From contig CATNEN010000001.1 of NCBI GenBank assembly GCA_950097015.1, forward strand, positions 9,052,001 to 9,116,000: 64,000 bases of DNA. The letters are read 5' to 3'. Shown here in pieces: positions 48,695-61,751 of this stretch. The position numbers and the translations under genes were made by a program. The stretch is from Macrostomum hystrix. Its lineage: Eukaryota > Animalia > Platyhelminthes. Position 1 is the first letter of the stretch. Each line of letters starts with the position of its first letter. The notes under the pieces are model-generated. The model had not been told where the DNA came from and searched no databases. It was given only the letters and a program-made list of their open reading frames with translations.

Positions 48695-49686
48695 GTATCT
48701 ATCTACTTATCTATCTACTTATCTATCTACTTATCTGTCTACTTATCTGTTTAATTATCAATCTACTTATCTGTCTACTTATCTGTCTACTTATCTGTCT
48801 ACTTATCTGTCTACTTATCTGTTTAATTATCTATCTACTTATCTGTCTACTTATCTGTTTAATTATCTATCTACTTATCTGTCTACTTATCTGTTTAATT
48901 ATCTATCTACTTATCTGTCTACTTATCTGTTTAATTATCTATCTACTTATCTGTCTACTTATCTGTTTAATTATCTATCTACTTATCTGTCTACTTATCT
49001 GTCTACTTATCTGTTTAATTATCTATCTACTTATCTATCTACTTATCTATCTACTTATCTGTTTAATTATCTATCTACTTATCTATCTACTTATCTGTCT
49101 ACTTATCTGTTTAATTATCTATCTACTTATCTGTCTACTTATCTGTTTAATTATCTATCTACTTATCTATCTACTTATCTGTCTACTTATCTGTTTAATT
49201 ATCTATCTACTTATCTGTCTACTTATCTGTCTACTTATCTGTCTACTTATCTGTTTAATTATCTATCTACTTATCTATCTACTTATCTGTCTACTTATCT
49301 GTTTAATTATCTATCTACTTATCTTTCTACTTATCTGTCTACTTATCTATCTACTTATCTATCTACTTATCTATCTACTTATCTATCTACTTATCTGTCT
49401 ACTTATCTGTCTACTTATCTGTCTACTTATCTGTTTAATTATCTATCTACTTATCTGTCTACTTATCTGTCTACTTATCTATCTACTTATCTGTCTACTT
49501 ATCTGTCTACTTATCTGTCTACTTATCTGTCTACTTATCTGTCTACTTATCTGTCTACTTATCTGTTTAATTATCTATCTACTTATCTATCTACTTATCT
49601 GTCTACTTATCTGTCTACTTATCTATCTACTTATCTGTCTACTTATCTGTTTAATTATCTATCTACTTATCTGTCTACTTATCTGT
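48695..49686. repeat. 12-bp minisatellite (TCTACTTATCTG)n
   Basis: Tandem units with TTTAATTATCTA variants. Confidence 0.97.
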
Positions 49687-50009
49687 TACGAGCTACTTCT
49701 ACAGCTATAAAAAAATGCACTCAGTAAACTCGCACACTCGAAAGAAAGATTTTCTTTAAGCATGTGGATAAGAGACTGCGGTCAGTCGAATCGCGTCCCC
49801 ACTCTGAGTACATCCTATTGGGTATCTTACAGAATGAGGAGTTAGTCAACAGAGTCGGAGCTAAGTTTGTGAGTACAGGGCGGGTGTCAAGAGTAGATTT
49901 GAGAAGAGCTGAAACGGAAGACGGGGTAAAAAGAGACAGTCATAGTTTTTTAAGACTCCAGATTTAGTGGCTAAATTATTTAGGAGGCAGAATAAAAATC
50001 TACACCAAG

Positions 50010-50925
50010 AGAGCAGAGAAACGGATAGACAAGGGAAATGAGAAACGGATAGACAAGGGAAATGAGAAACGGATAGACAAGGGAAATGAGAAACGGATAG
50101 ACAAGGGAAATGAGAAACGGATAGACAAGGGAAATGAGAAACGGATAGACAAGGGAAATGAGAAACGGATAGACAGGGGAACAGAGAAACGGATAGACAT
50201 GGGAACAGAGAAACGGATAAACATGGGAACAGAGAAACGGATAGACAATGGAACAGAGAAACGGATAGACATGGGAAGAGGGAAACTGATAGACAGGGGA
50301 ACAGAGAAACGGATAGACATGGGAACAGAGAAACGGATAGACATGGGAAGAGGGAAACTGATAGACAGGGGAACAGAGAAACGGATAGGCATGGGAAGAG
50401 AGAAACGGATAGGCAGGGGAACAGAGAAACGGATAGGCAGGGGAACAGAGAAACGGATAGACATGGGAACAGAGAAACGGATAAACATGGGAACAGAGAA
50501 ACGGATAGACAATGGAACAGAGAAACGGATAGACATGGGAAGAGGGAAACTGATAGACAGGGGAACAGAGAAACGGATAGACATGGGAACAGAGAAACGG
50601 ATAGACAATGGAACAGAGAAACGGATAGACATGGGAAGAGGGAAACTGATAGACAGGGGAACAGAGAAACGGATAGACATGGGAACAGAGAAACGGATAG
50701 ACATGGGAAGAGGGAAACTGATAGACATGGGAACAGAGAAACGGATAGGCATGGGAAGAGAGAAACGGATAGGCAGGGGAACAGGGAAACGGATAGGCAG
50801 GGGAACAGAGAAACGGATAGACATGGGAACAGGGAAACGGATAGGCAGGGGAACAGAGAAACGGATAGACATAGGAACAGAGAAACGGATAGACAGGGGA
50901 ACAGGGAAACGGATAGGCAGGGGAA
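50010..50925. repeat. 24-bp minisatellite (GGGAACAGAGAAACGGATAGACAT)n
   Basis: Tandem units. Confidence 0.96.
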
Positions 50926-51699
50926 TTAGCAGTTGTAAGCATGACGGCTCAGTACAGACAGTAGGTATCTTAAGCAAGTACATATAAAAAAGTGTTAGCA
51001 AGTAGGTCGTACAGCAGTGGCATGATGGAGTGGAAAATGCAACGGGGGTTCATACATACTAGCAGAAGCAGCACACAAAGCCCTACTTTAAGTGAATAAC
51101 CTGCAACTCCCATACTCCCTAGCACAAGCGGAAGTCATTGTGACTGACTATATACAATATACTGCTGGTATATAGTCACTGCAGCTACCGGTAAACACTA
51201 GTGAGAGAGAATTCCGACACTTATAGAAAGGAACGCATGCAGAGAATAAGTAAATTGATTGATACAGAGAAACGGCAATCAATCAGTTCAGACTATCCTA
51301 ATCTCGCGGGCGGAAATCGAATGTAGATGGGATAGGGGAGGGACGCTAGTTCTGCTAGTTCCAGACATGGTCTATGGTATTTTTTTCCATACCGACACTC
51401 TCTTATGTTTTATGCAGGCCTAGGTCTGACTATGCACAGCTAATTATATGGCCCCAACAAGCCACACAGACGCAAAGCACAGCCTGTGATGCTTAGCCTG
51501 ATAGCTAAACAACTGTACAAATGCGACTGAAGTAGCTGAGAAGATGGGGGAAATCATTTTTTCAATTAGATTTTAGCAATTTAAATATTTATATATATAA
51601 GCTTGTGCATTTCTGTTTACCATGCGAAAAAAGGCCACGCTAAAAATCTTATTTGAGGATCTATAGGAGGTTGCAAATCGACAAATGAGGATCTAGAAT

Positions 51700-52720
51700 C
51701 TTAGAAATCCCTGAATGAGGATATGGAAGGTTAGAAATCCCATAATGAGTATCTAGAAGGTTAGAAATCCCAAAATGAGGATTCGGAAAGTAAGAAATCC
51801 CTACTTAAGGATCTGGAAGGTTAAAAAATCCCAAAATGAGTAACCTAGAAGGTTAGAAATGAGGATATGGAAGGTAAGAAATCCCAAAATGAGGATATGG
51901 AAGGTAAGAAATCCCAAAATGAGGATATGGAAGGTAAGAAATCCCAAAATGAGGATATGGAAGGTAAGAAATCCCAAAATGAGGATATGGAAGGTAAGAA
52001 AACCCAAAATGAGGATATGGAAGGTAAGAAATCCCAAAATGAGGATTTGGAAAGTAAGAAATCCCTACTTAAGAATCTGGAAGGTTAAAAAATCCCAAAA
52101 TGAGTAACCTAGAAGGTTAGAAATGAGGATATGGAAGGTAAGAAATCCCAAAATGAGGATATGGAAGGTAAGAAATCCCAAAATGAGGATATGGAAGGTA
52201 AGAAATCCCAAAATGAGGATATGGAAGGTAAGAAATCCCAAAATGAGGATATGGAAGGTAAGAAATCCCAAAATGAGGATATGGAAGGTAAGAAATCCCA
52301 AAATGAGGATATGGAAGGTAAGAAATCCCAAAATGAGGATATGGAAGGTAAGAAATCCCAAAATGAGGATATGGAAGGTAAGAAATCCAAAAATGAGGAT
52401 ATGGAAGGTAAGAAATCCCAAAATGAGGATATGGAAGGTAAGAAATCCCAAAATGAGGATATGGAAGGTAAGAAATCCCAAAATGAGGATATGGAAGGTA
52501 AGAAATCCCAAAATGAGGATATGGAAGGTAAGAAATCCCAAAATGAGGATCTGGAAGGTTAAGAAATCCCAAAATATGGATCTAGAAGGTTAGAAATCCC
52601 AAAATATGGATCTAGAAGGTTAGAAATCCCAAAATATGGATCTAGAAGGTTAGAAATCCCAAAATGAGGATCTGGAAGGTTAGATATCCCTCAATGAAAA
52701 TCTAGAAGGTAGAACTCGCC
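51700..52720. repeat. 30-bp minisatellite (GAAATCCCAAAATGAGGATATGGAAGGTAA)n
   Basis: Tandem units with degenerate edges. Confidence 0.96.
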
Positions 52721-53761
52721 AAAAAAGTTCTGGAAGATTAGACATCCCGAATTAAGGATCTGGAATTATAAATCCCAAAGTGAGTACCGCGGGTATTGAA
52801 AATACAAATCAGTTGATCTAGTTTCATCAGTAGCGTAAATGACTGAGACCAATTAAAAAAACTATTTCAGTAGAATCTAAAGCACACAGTTAGAAGCAGC
52901 AAATTAACTTTCGGAAGTGTCTGCCAGAATGCCATTAAAACTATATAGTCTCGTATTATACACAGACAGTAAAAAGCACAGGTAAAGTATAATAAAACTT
53001 TGTAGCACGATAAAAACATAAGCGAATATTTATTTTGAAACTATTTTCGATTTTTTTCAGCGATAAAAATGTGGATCTGCTTTTGCAGTCAGGCGACAAA
53101 CAAAGACACGATAAGAAGTAAGTAGGCAGTTCCAGAAAATCGAGTAAAATACAGATAAGCACAAAGCATTAAATACCTAAAGCACTAATCATTTCCCGTA
53201 GGACAGAAGCAGATGCGAATTGGGTTTTAGAAAAACTTTCTTAATTAACCACTAAATCACTATATAGAAAAGAAGGTTTAGTTAAGCAAATAAAACATCA
53301 ATAAAACGTTGAGCATGCAATAAAAACTATTGATCAAAAAGCAGCAACAGCACGATAATAGAAAAAGATTTGTAGTCAGAAAATTCGTTATAGACAAGTT
53401 TAAAAAAGCAGGCAGACAAACAGTCTTAGGCTTAGATAGATAGGCACATGTAGAAGCGAAGGAAGCAGTAGCCGTTGCTAGGGATAAACTAAAAAGTCTA
53501 ATGCTAAAAAATACATGAATATACATAAAAACTATGTAAAAACTGCCAGTAAAAATGTTTAAGTAATTTTTTAATTTCAGGTTAGAAAAATTTTAAAACA
53601 ATTATTTGCAGACAGAAAAATAAGCTTTTCGTAGTTGCCAAATTGTATTTGTACAACATCTTATATCAGCTAAAACTAACTGAAAACTTGTAGAGGTAAA
53701 TTTTAATATTTTACAACCATTAATTAGTATTCAATAGGTCTTATAGATTGAATTTTAGTTC

Positions 53762-56660
53762 CTGATGATCTGGGAGGGTGTCAGTTGCTATCTGAGGATC
53801 TGGGAGGGTGTCAGTTGCTATCTGAGGATCTGGGAGGGTGTCAGTTGCTATCTGAGGATCTGGGAGGGTGTCAGTTGCTATCTGAGGATCTGGGAGGGTG
53901 TCAGTTGCTATCTGAGGATCTGGGAGGTGTTAGTTGCTATCTGATGATCTGGGAGGGTGTCAGTTGCAATCTGAGGATCTGGGAGGGTGTCAGTTGCTAT
54001 CTGAAGATCTGGGAGGGTGTCAGTTGCTATCTGAGGATCTGGGAGGTGTTAGTTGCTATCTGAGGATCTGGGAGGGTGTCAGTTGCTATCTGAGGATCTG
54101 GGAGGGTGTCAGTTGCTATCTGAGGATCTGGGAGGGTGTCAGTTGCTATCTGATGATCTGGGAGGGTGTCAGTTGCTATCTGAGGATCTGGGAGGGTGTC
54201 AGTTGCTATCTGAAGATCTGGGAGAGTGTCAGTTGCTATCTGAGGATCTGGGAGGGTGTCAGTTGCTATCTGAGGATCTGGGAGGGTGTCAGTTGCTATC
54301 TGATGATCTGGGAGGGTGTCAGTTGCAATCTGAGGATCTGGGAGGGTGTCAGTTGCTATCTGAAGATCTGGGAGGGTGTCAGTTGCTATCTGAGGATCTG
54401 GGAGGTGTTAGTTGCTATCTGAGGATCTGGGAGGGTGTCAGTTGCTATCTGAGGATCTGGGAGGTGTTAGTTGCTATCTGAGGATCTGGGAGGTGTCAGT
54501 TGCTATCTGAAGATCTGGGAGGGTGTCAGTTGCTATCTGAGGATCTGGGAGGTGTTAGTTGCTATCTGAGGATCTGGGAGGGTGTCAGTTGCTATCTGAG
54601 GATCTGGGAGGTGTTAGTTGCTATCTGAGGATCTGGGAGGTGTTAGTTGCTATCTGAGGATCTGGGAGGTGTCAGTTGCTATCTGAAGATCTGGGAGGGT
54701 GTTAGTTGCTATCTGAGGATTTGGGAGGGTGTCAGTTGCTATCTGAGGATCTGGGAGGTGTTAGTTGCTATCTGAGGATTTGGGAAGTGTCAGTTGCTAT
54801 CTGAGGATCTGGGAGGGTGTCAGTTGCTATCTGATGATCTGGGAGGGTGTCAGTTGCTATCTGAGGATCTGGGAGGGTGTCAGTTGCTATCTGATGATCT
54901 GGGAGGGTGTCAGTTGCTATCTGATGATCTGGGAGGGTGTCAGTTGCTATCTGAGGATCTGGGCGGGTGTCAGTTGCTATCTGATGATCTGGGAGGTGTT
55001 AGTTGCTATCTGAGGATTTGGGAGGGTGTCAGTTGCTATCTGAGGATCTGGGAGGGTGTCAGTTGCTATCTGAGGATCTGGGAGGGTGTCAGTTGCTATC
55101 TGAGGATCTGGGAGGGTGTCAGTTGCTATCTGATGATCTGGGAGGGTGTCAGTTGCTATCTGAGGATCTGGGAGGGTGTCAGTTGCTATCTGATGATCTG
55201 GGAGGTGTCAGTTGCTATCTGATGATCTGGGCGGGTGTCAGTTGCTATCTGATGATCTGGGAGGTGTTAGTTGCTATCTGAGGATTTGGGAGGGTGTCAG
55301 TTGCTATCTGAGGATCTGGGAGGGTGTCAGTTGCTATCTGAGGATCTGGGAGGGTGTCAGTTGCTATCTGAGGATCTGGGAGGGTGTCAGTTGCTATCTG
55401 ATGATCTGGGAGGGTGTCAGTTGCTATCTGAGGATCTGGGAGGGTGTTAGTTGCTATCTGAGGATCTGGGAGGGTGTCAGTTGCTATCTGAGGATCTGGG
55501 AGGGTGTCAGTTGCTATCTGAGGATCTGGGAGGGTGTCAGTTGCTATCTGAGTATCTGGGAGGGTGTCAGTTGCTATCTGAGGATCTGGGAGGGTGTCAG
55601 TTGCTATCTGAGGATCTGGGAGGGTGTCAGTTGCTATCTGAGGATCTGGGAGGGTGTCAGTTGCTATCTGAGGATCTGGGAGGGTGTCAGTTGCTATCTG
55701 AGGATCTGGGAGGGTGTCAGTTGCTATCTGAGGATCTGGGAGGGTGTCAGTTGCTATCTGATGATCTGGGAGGGTGTCAGTTGCTATCTGAGGATCTGGG
55801 AGGGTGTCAGTTGCTATCTGATGATCTGGGAGGGTGTCAGTTGCTATCTGAGGATCTGGGAGGGTGTCAGTTGCTATCTGATGATCTGGGAGGGTGTCAG
55901 TTGCTATCTGAGGATCTGGGAGGGTGTTAGTTGCTATCTGAGGATCTGGGAGGGTGTCAGTTGCTATCTGAGGATCTGGGAGGGTGTCAGTTGCTATCTG
56001 AGGATCTGGGAGGGTGTCAGTTGCTATCTGAGTATCTGGGAGGGTGTCAGTTGCTATCTGAGGATCTGGGAGGGTGTCAGTTGCTATCTGAGGATCTGGG
56101 AGGGTGTCAGTTGCTATCTGAGGATCTGGGAGGGTGTCAGTTGCTATCTGAGGATCTGGGAGGGTGTCAGTTGCTATCTGAGGATCTGGGAGGGTGTCAG
56201 TTGCTATCTGAGGATCTGGGAGGGTGTCAGTTGCTATCTGATGATCTGGGAGGGTGTCAGTTGCTATCTGAGGATCTGGGAGGGTGTCAGTTGCTATCTG
56301 ATGATCTGGGAGGGTGTCAGTTGCTATCTGAGGATCAGGGAGGGTGTCAGTTGCTATCTGAGGATCTGGGAGGGTGTCAGTTGCTATCTGAGGATCTGGG
56401 AGGGTGTCAGTTGCTATCTGAGGATCTGGGAGGGTGTCAGTTGCTATCTGAGTATCTGGGAGGGTGTCAGTTGCTATCTGAGTATCTGGGAGGGTGTCAG
56501 TTGCTATCTGATGATCTGGGAGGGTGTCAGTTGCTATCTGAGGATCTGGGAGGGTGTCAGTTGCTATCTGATGATCTGGGAGGGTGTCAGTTGCTATCTG
56601 AGGATCTGGGAGGGTGTCAGTTGCAATCTGAGGATCTGGGAGGGTGTCAGTTGCTATCTT
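53762..56660. repeat. 30-bp minisatellite (TCTGAGGATCTGGGAGGGTGTCAGTTGCTA)n, ~97 copies, downstream of Frizzled
   Basis: Tandem units with a 480-bp higher-order block. Confidence 0.97.
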
Positions 56661-56973
56661 ATGAAAGTAGATTACCAATCAGAAATTAGATTTTACACAA
56701 AAACTTACACAAAACACAATCGTTACACAAAAACATTGATTCTCATCAATAAAACTGTGACAATGAGAAAAGTAAGACAACACATAGAGAGTGATCGAAA
56801 AAATACTTGTTTTCACAAATTGATGAGCTACTAACAGCAGAGATAATAACAGCAAAATACTAAAGACTAGACTCAAAAAGCGCGAGATAGATCATAAATG
56901 AGGAACAAAATAAGCGACACTGATGTTTTACAAGTGTTTAGCCATTAGAGTCTTTGTTCTCCAATGAGATTGG

Positions 56974-57146
56974 TCAGATAAAGACTCGCTGATCTTCGCT
57001 GTTGTAATAAGCCATCCTGCCAGATGTATTAGCTGGCACATTGTGCTGCTGCAGGGGTATCTGTTGCAGCTTTTGCTGCTGTAGCAGTATCTGCGGCGGC
57101 TGCGGTGGAGCAATCATCGGGTGTCGAAACTCCGAGGTCGGATCAG

Positions 57147-57189
<43 letters not shown>

Positions 57190-57863
57190 GGCGGAATTAT
57201 CAGTTCTAGGCGGCTGGAATTTGCACTGGAACAGCCGATGCCAGGCCTTCATAGTTTTATTGCTCCACACCCACAGCGAGAACGAGATACCGATGATCAG
57301 GGACGTCAGGTACTTCAGCATGATAAACTCGAAGCGTGGCTCGCTAGAACTAGCGGCGGCTAGATTGGCAGCTAGGGCGGCGAAAGTCGGATCCGATGCC
57401 AACGCTTCGGCGGTCATGGCGTCGACAGTTTCGTGTTGACTTAGCCGACTAGTGAGGCCCAGATATTCGTGTGTGCCACCGGAAGCGGTGGCTGCGGCAA
57501 TGGCTGACACCATTGAGGCGAAGTTGGCAGCTTCGGCTGGGCACAGAATGCGATAGTCTGAGCACATCCTCTGCCACCAGCCGATCATCCAATTGGGCAA
57601 TTCGGCAGCCTCGTAAATCCAGATGCCCAGCGTGACGAAGGCGGGCACAATGTACAGAGCGCCGAGGAAGCCGATGCGCATAATGAGCTTCTCGAATTTC
57701 TCAGTCCGGCCGGCACTCTGACGTTTAACAAATCGCCGAATTTTGATAAGCGAAGCGAAGCCGACGAGTAGAAAGACGACGCCGAGAAGTAGAAAGATTG
57801 AACTGGGGATGATCAAAAATCCCAGTAGGATGTCTCGATTGGTGATGCCAGTGAAACAAATAC
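56974..57863 (-). CDS. FZD: Frizzled receptor (Fz1/2/7-like), exon 3: TM5-TM7 and C-tail
   Basis: Phase-1 acceptor aacgcAG|GT at 57864 gives 'DSLTG|ICFTG'. Encodes 'FLLVGFASLIKIR...TEKFEKLIMRIGFLGALYIVPA...MLKYLTSLIIGI...WVWSNKTMKAW' (KTxxxW motif). Confidence 0.95.
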
Positions 57864-57999
57864 CTGCGTTTGGGACATTTTCGTAGGGTTAGGATAAAAA
57901 GCGACTTTTATTAGTGATGAAAATTGTCGGAGGGATTTCTAATCGGGATATTGTTTTAAAAGGGATTATCGATTGATAGATTATTTTATAATAGAACTA

Positions 58000-58560
58000 T
58001 CGATGGGGATATTATTCCACAAGGGTATTACAGATAGGGATACTATTCCGCCACGGGATAATGAAGTGAATTATTTTTAGCCAGAGGATTAAGGATGGGG
58101 ATATTATTATGCCATGGGATTTTCGATGGGAAAATTATTCAACCAGAAGATTAACGAAGGAGATATTATTTAACCAGGGGATTAACAATGGAGATATTAT
58201 TTAACCAGGGGATTAACTATTGGGATATTATTTAACCAGGGGATTAACGATGGAGAAACTATTCAAACAGAAGATTAACGATGAGGATAATATTTAACCA
58301 AGGGATAAACGATGCGGATATTATTTAACCAGGGGATTAACGATGGGGATATTATTTAACCAGGGGATAAACGATGAGGATATTGTTTAACCAGGGGATT
58401 AACAATGGGGATATTATTTAACCAGGGGATTAACAATGGGGATATTATTTGTAATTGACTTGATTAACGTTTGGGGCATTATTCCGCCAAGGGATTATGA
58501 AAAGGGATATTATTTCACAAAGGAATTGTCGATATGGATATACTTTCATCAGGGGATTAT
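58000..58560. repeat. Degenerate ~31-bp minisatellite (GGGGATATTATTTAACCAGGGGATTAACGAT)n in Frizzled intron 2
   Basis: Tandem degenerate units. Confidence 0.85.
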
Positions 58561-58680
58561 GGATGGGGTCCGGGGATATTGTATGGGATTAGAAAAGCGA
58601 ATAGGCAAGAAAAATAATAAAATAAATGTTTGGCAATGTGAATAGTTTTGATTACAAATTGGAAAGCGACAATGGCTCAC

Positions 58681-59404
58681 CAGTCAGACTATCAGCTTCA
58701 ACTTCGCCCAAAATTAGCAGAGTGATGGTCATAGCGGCAGGTATAGCCCAGGCCAGAAAGTGAAAATAATGCGACAAATTCGAGATGGACTCCTGGGCCC
58801 ATTGGAACGAGCTAGCCAATAGCCAGGTGAATGTGAGTATTAGCCACCACAATGAACTGGCCATAGTGAAGAAATAGGACACCATAAACAGTATGGCACA
58901 CGGCGTATTCTGATTGGTTCCGCGCACCAGCACCCTGGTGGCATTAGGATTGTTCGGATTGGTTGCGCAGCTAACACTGTCGCCTAGAGCGAAGCCGGCA
59001 ATGTACACAGCCGAGATCATGCAGTAGCACATGATGATGTAAACAAACGGTCGCTCGGGATATTGAAATCTGGTCCGGTCCAGCAGGAAGGTCAGAACAG
59101 ACAGAGAGGTAAATAAAAAGCAGACAACAGCCCACACTAGGACCCAGTGCCTAGCGAATCTTCTCTGCTCCTGGCTAGCAAAGAATGTTGAATTGCAGGG
59201 CAGACTGCAGCTGAATTCACTGCCGCCAATCCTAATTGGATTCACTTTAGGCTTTGGCGTTAGCACTGCTGGACAGTGAAATCCTAGCTTATCTTTGGTC
59301 GTTGGCTTACTAGTTGACTCTCTAGTTTCTGTTGTATTGTCATTGATGCACAGTTGATTCTCCGTGTAGTATTGAAACTGATCGCAGCGGAGAGCATCGG
59401 ACCA
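58681..59404 (-). CDS. FZD: Frizzled exon 2: end of CRD, linker and TM1-TM4
   Basis: Phase-0 acceptor cacacAG|TGG at 59405 ('WSDALRCDQF'). Encodes 'TFLLDRTRFQYPERP...YFFTMASSLWWLILTFTWLL...YFHFLAWAIPA'. Donor G|GTGAGC at 58680. Confidence 0.95.
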
Positions 59405-61352
59405 CTGTGTGAAATAATGACAAATTGTGGACTTTAATTAAAAATCCTATTAAGCTTTTTTGTGAATAGCTTCTATGAATAGCATTTTTATATATGAAAG
59501 ATAAAACAGCTATTTATTCACTTATATTGAAAATAAAAAAACAGTAAAATAATATTGCAAGAGAAAAAATTGCTTTTTTGGAGGATGGGCCTCAATTTTG
59601 TTTCACAAAACCAGCAATAAAAAGAGATTTGCATTTTTAGATTTACAAAAAAAATGTTTTATTTGGGGTATAGCCTTAGAGAGATGAATAAGAGAGAAAC
59701 TATTGAGTACTTCATGTGTTGAATATTCCTAACTGCCTATCAATTGTTACTATTAATGAATCTTTCTAGAATTTGAATTGAATAAGGTTGAATTTTTTAA
59801 TATGTCCTGCTGTCCTTTATCACATACTTTTTAATGCATTGAGCAAAATTTTTTTATACTATACATTGCATTGTGCATTTCAGTGATAAAAAATGAATTG
59901 TGACCTTTGTATGTGTTGTGTTTTATTAGTACACTTTAGATTATGTATGCTTAAGCCTACACTTATTCAAAAGGTGGGTGCTTACAACATGTGACTATGC
60001 CCATGCCCCTGCATGTACAATGCCCACCCTCTGCACTTGTTAACTAATAAGTGTACCAACCCTTATGCTTTGCTGTAATTGTTTTTGTGACCCACTACTT
60101 CACAAAGTAATACTTCACAAACTTTCTATATCTCTTCACAAAGTATTGTGAAGTATTAGTCTGGTTATTACAGACCAAACCAAATTGTTGACAAATTAAG
60201 TTATAGGGTAATGTATCATCAACCAAACAAGAATGTGTATTTTTTTAACTTCAAACCTAAGCTACAGATTTTCTATTTAAGATATGATGATAAATCAAAA
60301 GCCAAGTTATAGAAAACAGTTACATCTTTCTAAAAAGTATCTGCTTTTGCTATTTTATCAAATAGAAGAAAAGTTTTTCCTGCTTTTTATCTAAAACCAA
60401 ACAATGATTTTCATGTATCTTCAAACCAAACAGAGAATTTGATGTTTGGTTTTACAATTTGAGTGAGTGGTTTAATCTTATTTTAAGGAGTGAACTATCA
60501 TGAATTATGTAATTTGAAAGTATTTTTCATGCTCTATAAATAACTACATTTATGGTCATTTAATTGGCAAGCAACCACATACAATCTTCGTCTAAAGTAC
60601 ATACTGAAAAAAAGTTGTTAAAAAGTATGCTTTTGCAGTAAAAATTTCTACTGAAACATCAATATCTTTTTTTCCTCTTAATGCTTCATTGCACATCATG
60701 CCTCAGCTTGTAGATAATTTCTTCAACTTTCAAATTAGTTGTTCTGTGAAACACGATAGCTTGTTTCTGTCTTGCACGAGACCAAGGAAGAGGTCAAAAT
60801 TCTTGTTCGGTTTTGAAGATACACTGTTCGGTTGATGATACATTACCCTACAATGATTGGGAATTGATGATTAACTTTTATACTTTATTTTCATTACAAC
60901 TCTCAATAATCTTGAAAATGTTGGGCTTGGGTTCAGTAGCCATGAGATCACATAATGATTGTAGATAAGATTGATAATATTTATATTTTATAAGATTTTT
61001 GTTAATATAAAATAAAATAAAATAACCATAACATAACCATGATGATAATTAAATTCATAATCACTTTGACAATATTTCAATGCCAGTCAACTAGCTAAAT
61101 TGTTCAATATCTTTTTATTTAAATTTTTGTATTAATTAACTACAATTGGATGAGCAGGTATCTCTTTTGACAAAACACATTTGTAAAACACATAAACTGA
61201 AGTAGTAAAGTTAGTGCTAAAAATGCTGAACACTAAATTGAGTTAGAATAAGATACCTAAATTAAGGATTTACAAAAGAGAATTATGACTTCTAGGCCAC
61301 AAAAATTATATGTTATGTAAAAAACAATTCAACATATAATTTTTTTACTTAC

Positions 61353-61751
61353 CCTAAAGTTAAACTTCAACATAACCGGTTCACATCTCATTTTATTTTC
61401 CTCACAAAGAGATCGGCAGGGTTTCAGATGAGTTCGCAGCACATTACAAACAGGAAAGTACATCACACACAGAAATAACTTTAATGTAGGACTGCACTTG
61501 ACATTGATTAATGGTTTGTAGCTTTCTATATCTCTATCAGCTTCTTCTTGGGTTAGGTGACCAAGAACATTTGGGAAAGATGTTCTGTTGTATGGAAGAT
61601 CAGTGCAAACTTTAGATTGTAAGGCCATGCAATCCTGCCTTGGCTCATATCTGCTATCTTGTTCAAGAGAAGAAACTACAGAGCTTGAATAACACAAGCA
61701 GACAAAATAAAACACACATAAAATAATAAAGATTTGTTTAGTCGCCGTCAT
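61353..61751 (-). CDS. FZD: Frizzled exon 1: signal peptide and cysteine-rich domain
   Basis: 'CTDLPYNRTSFPNVLGHLTQEEA...PLINVKCSPTLKLFLCVMYFPVC...PCRSLCE...CEPVMLKFNFR'. Donor AGG|GTAAGT at 61352. Confidence 0.95.

Noticed and set aside
55212-56834. Long repetitive ORFs (540 aa, 477 aa and similar at 11110, 12424, 17745, 38823, 45611, 48642, 49980, 52065)
   Set aside because: They are stop-free frames of tandem DNA units, open in several frames and strands at once, with no splice or domain support.
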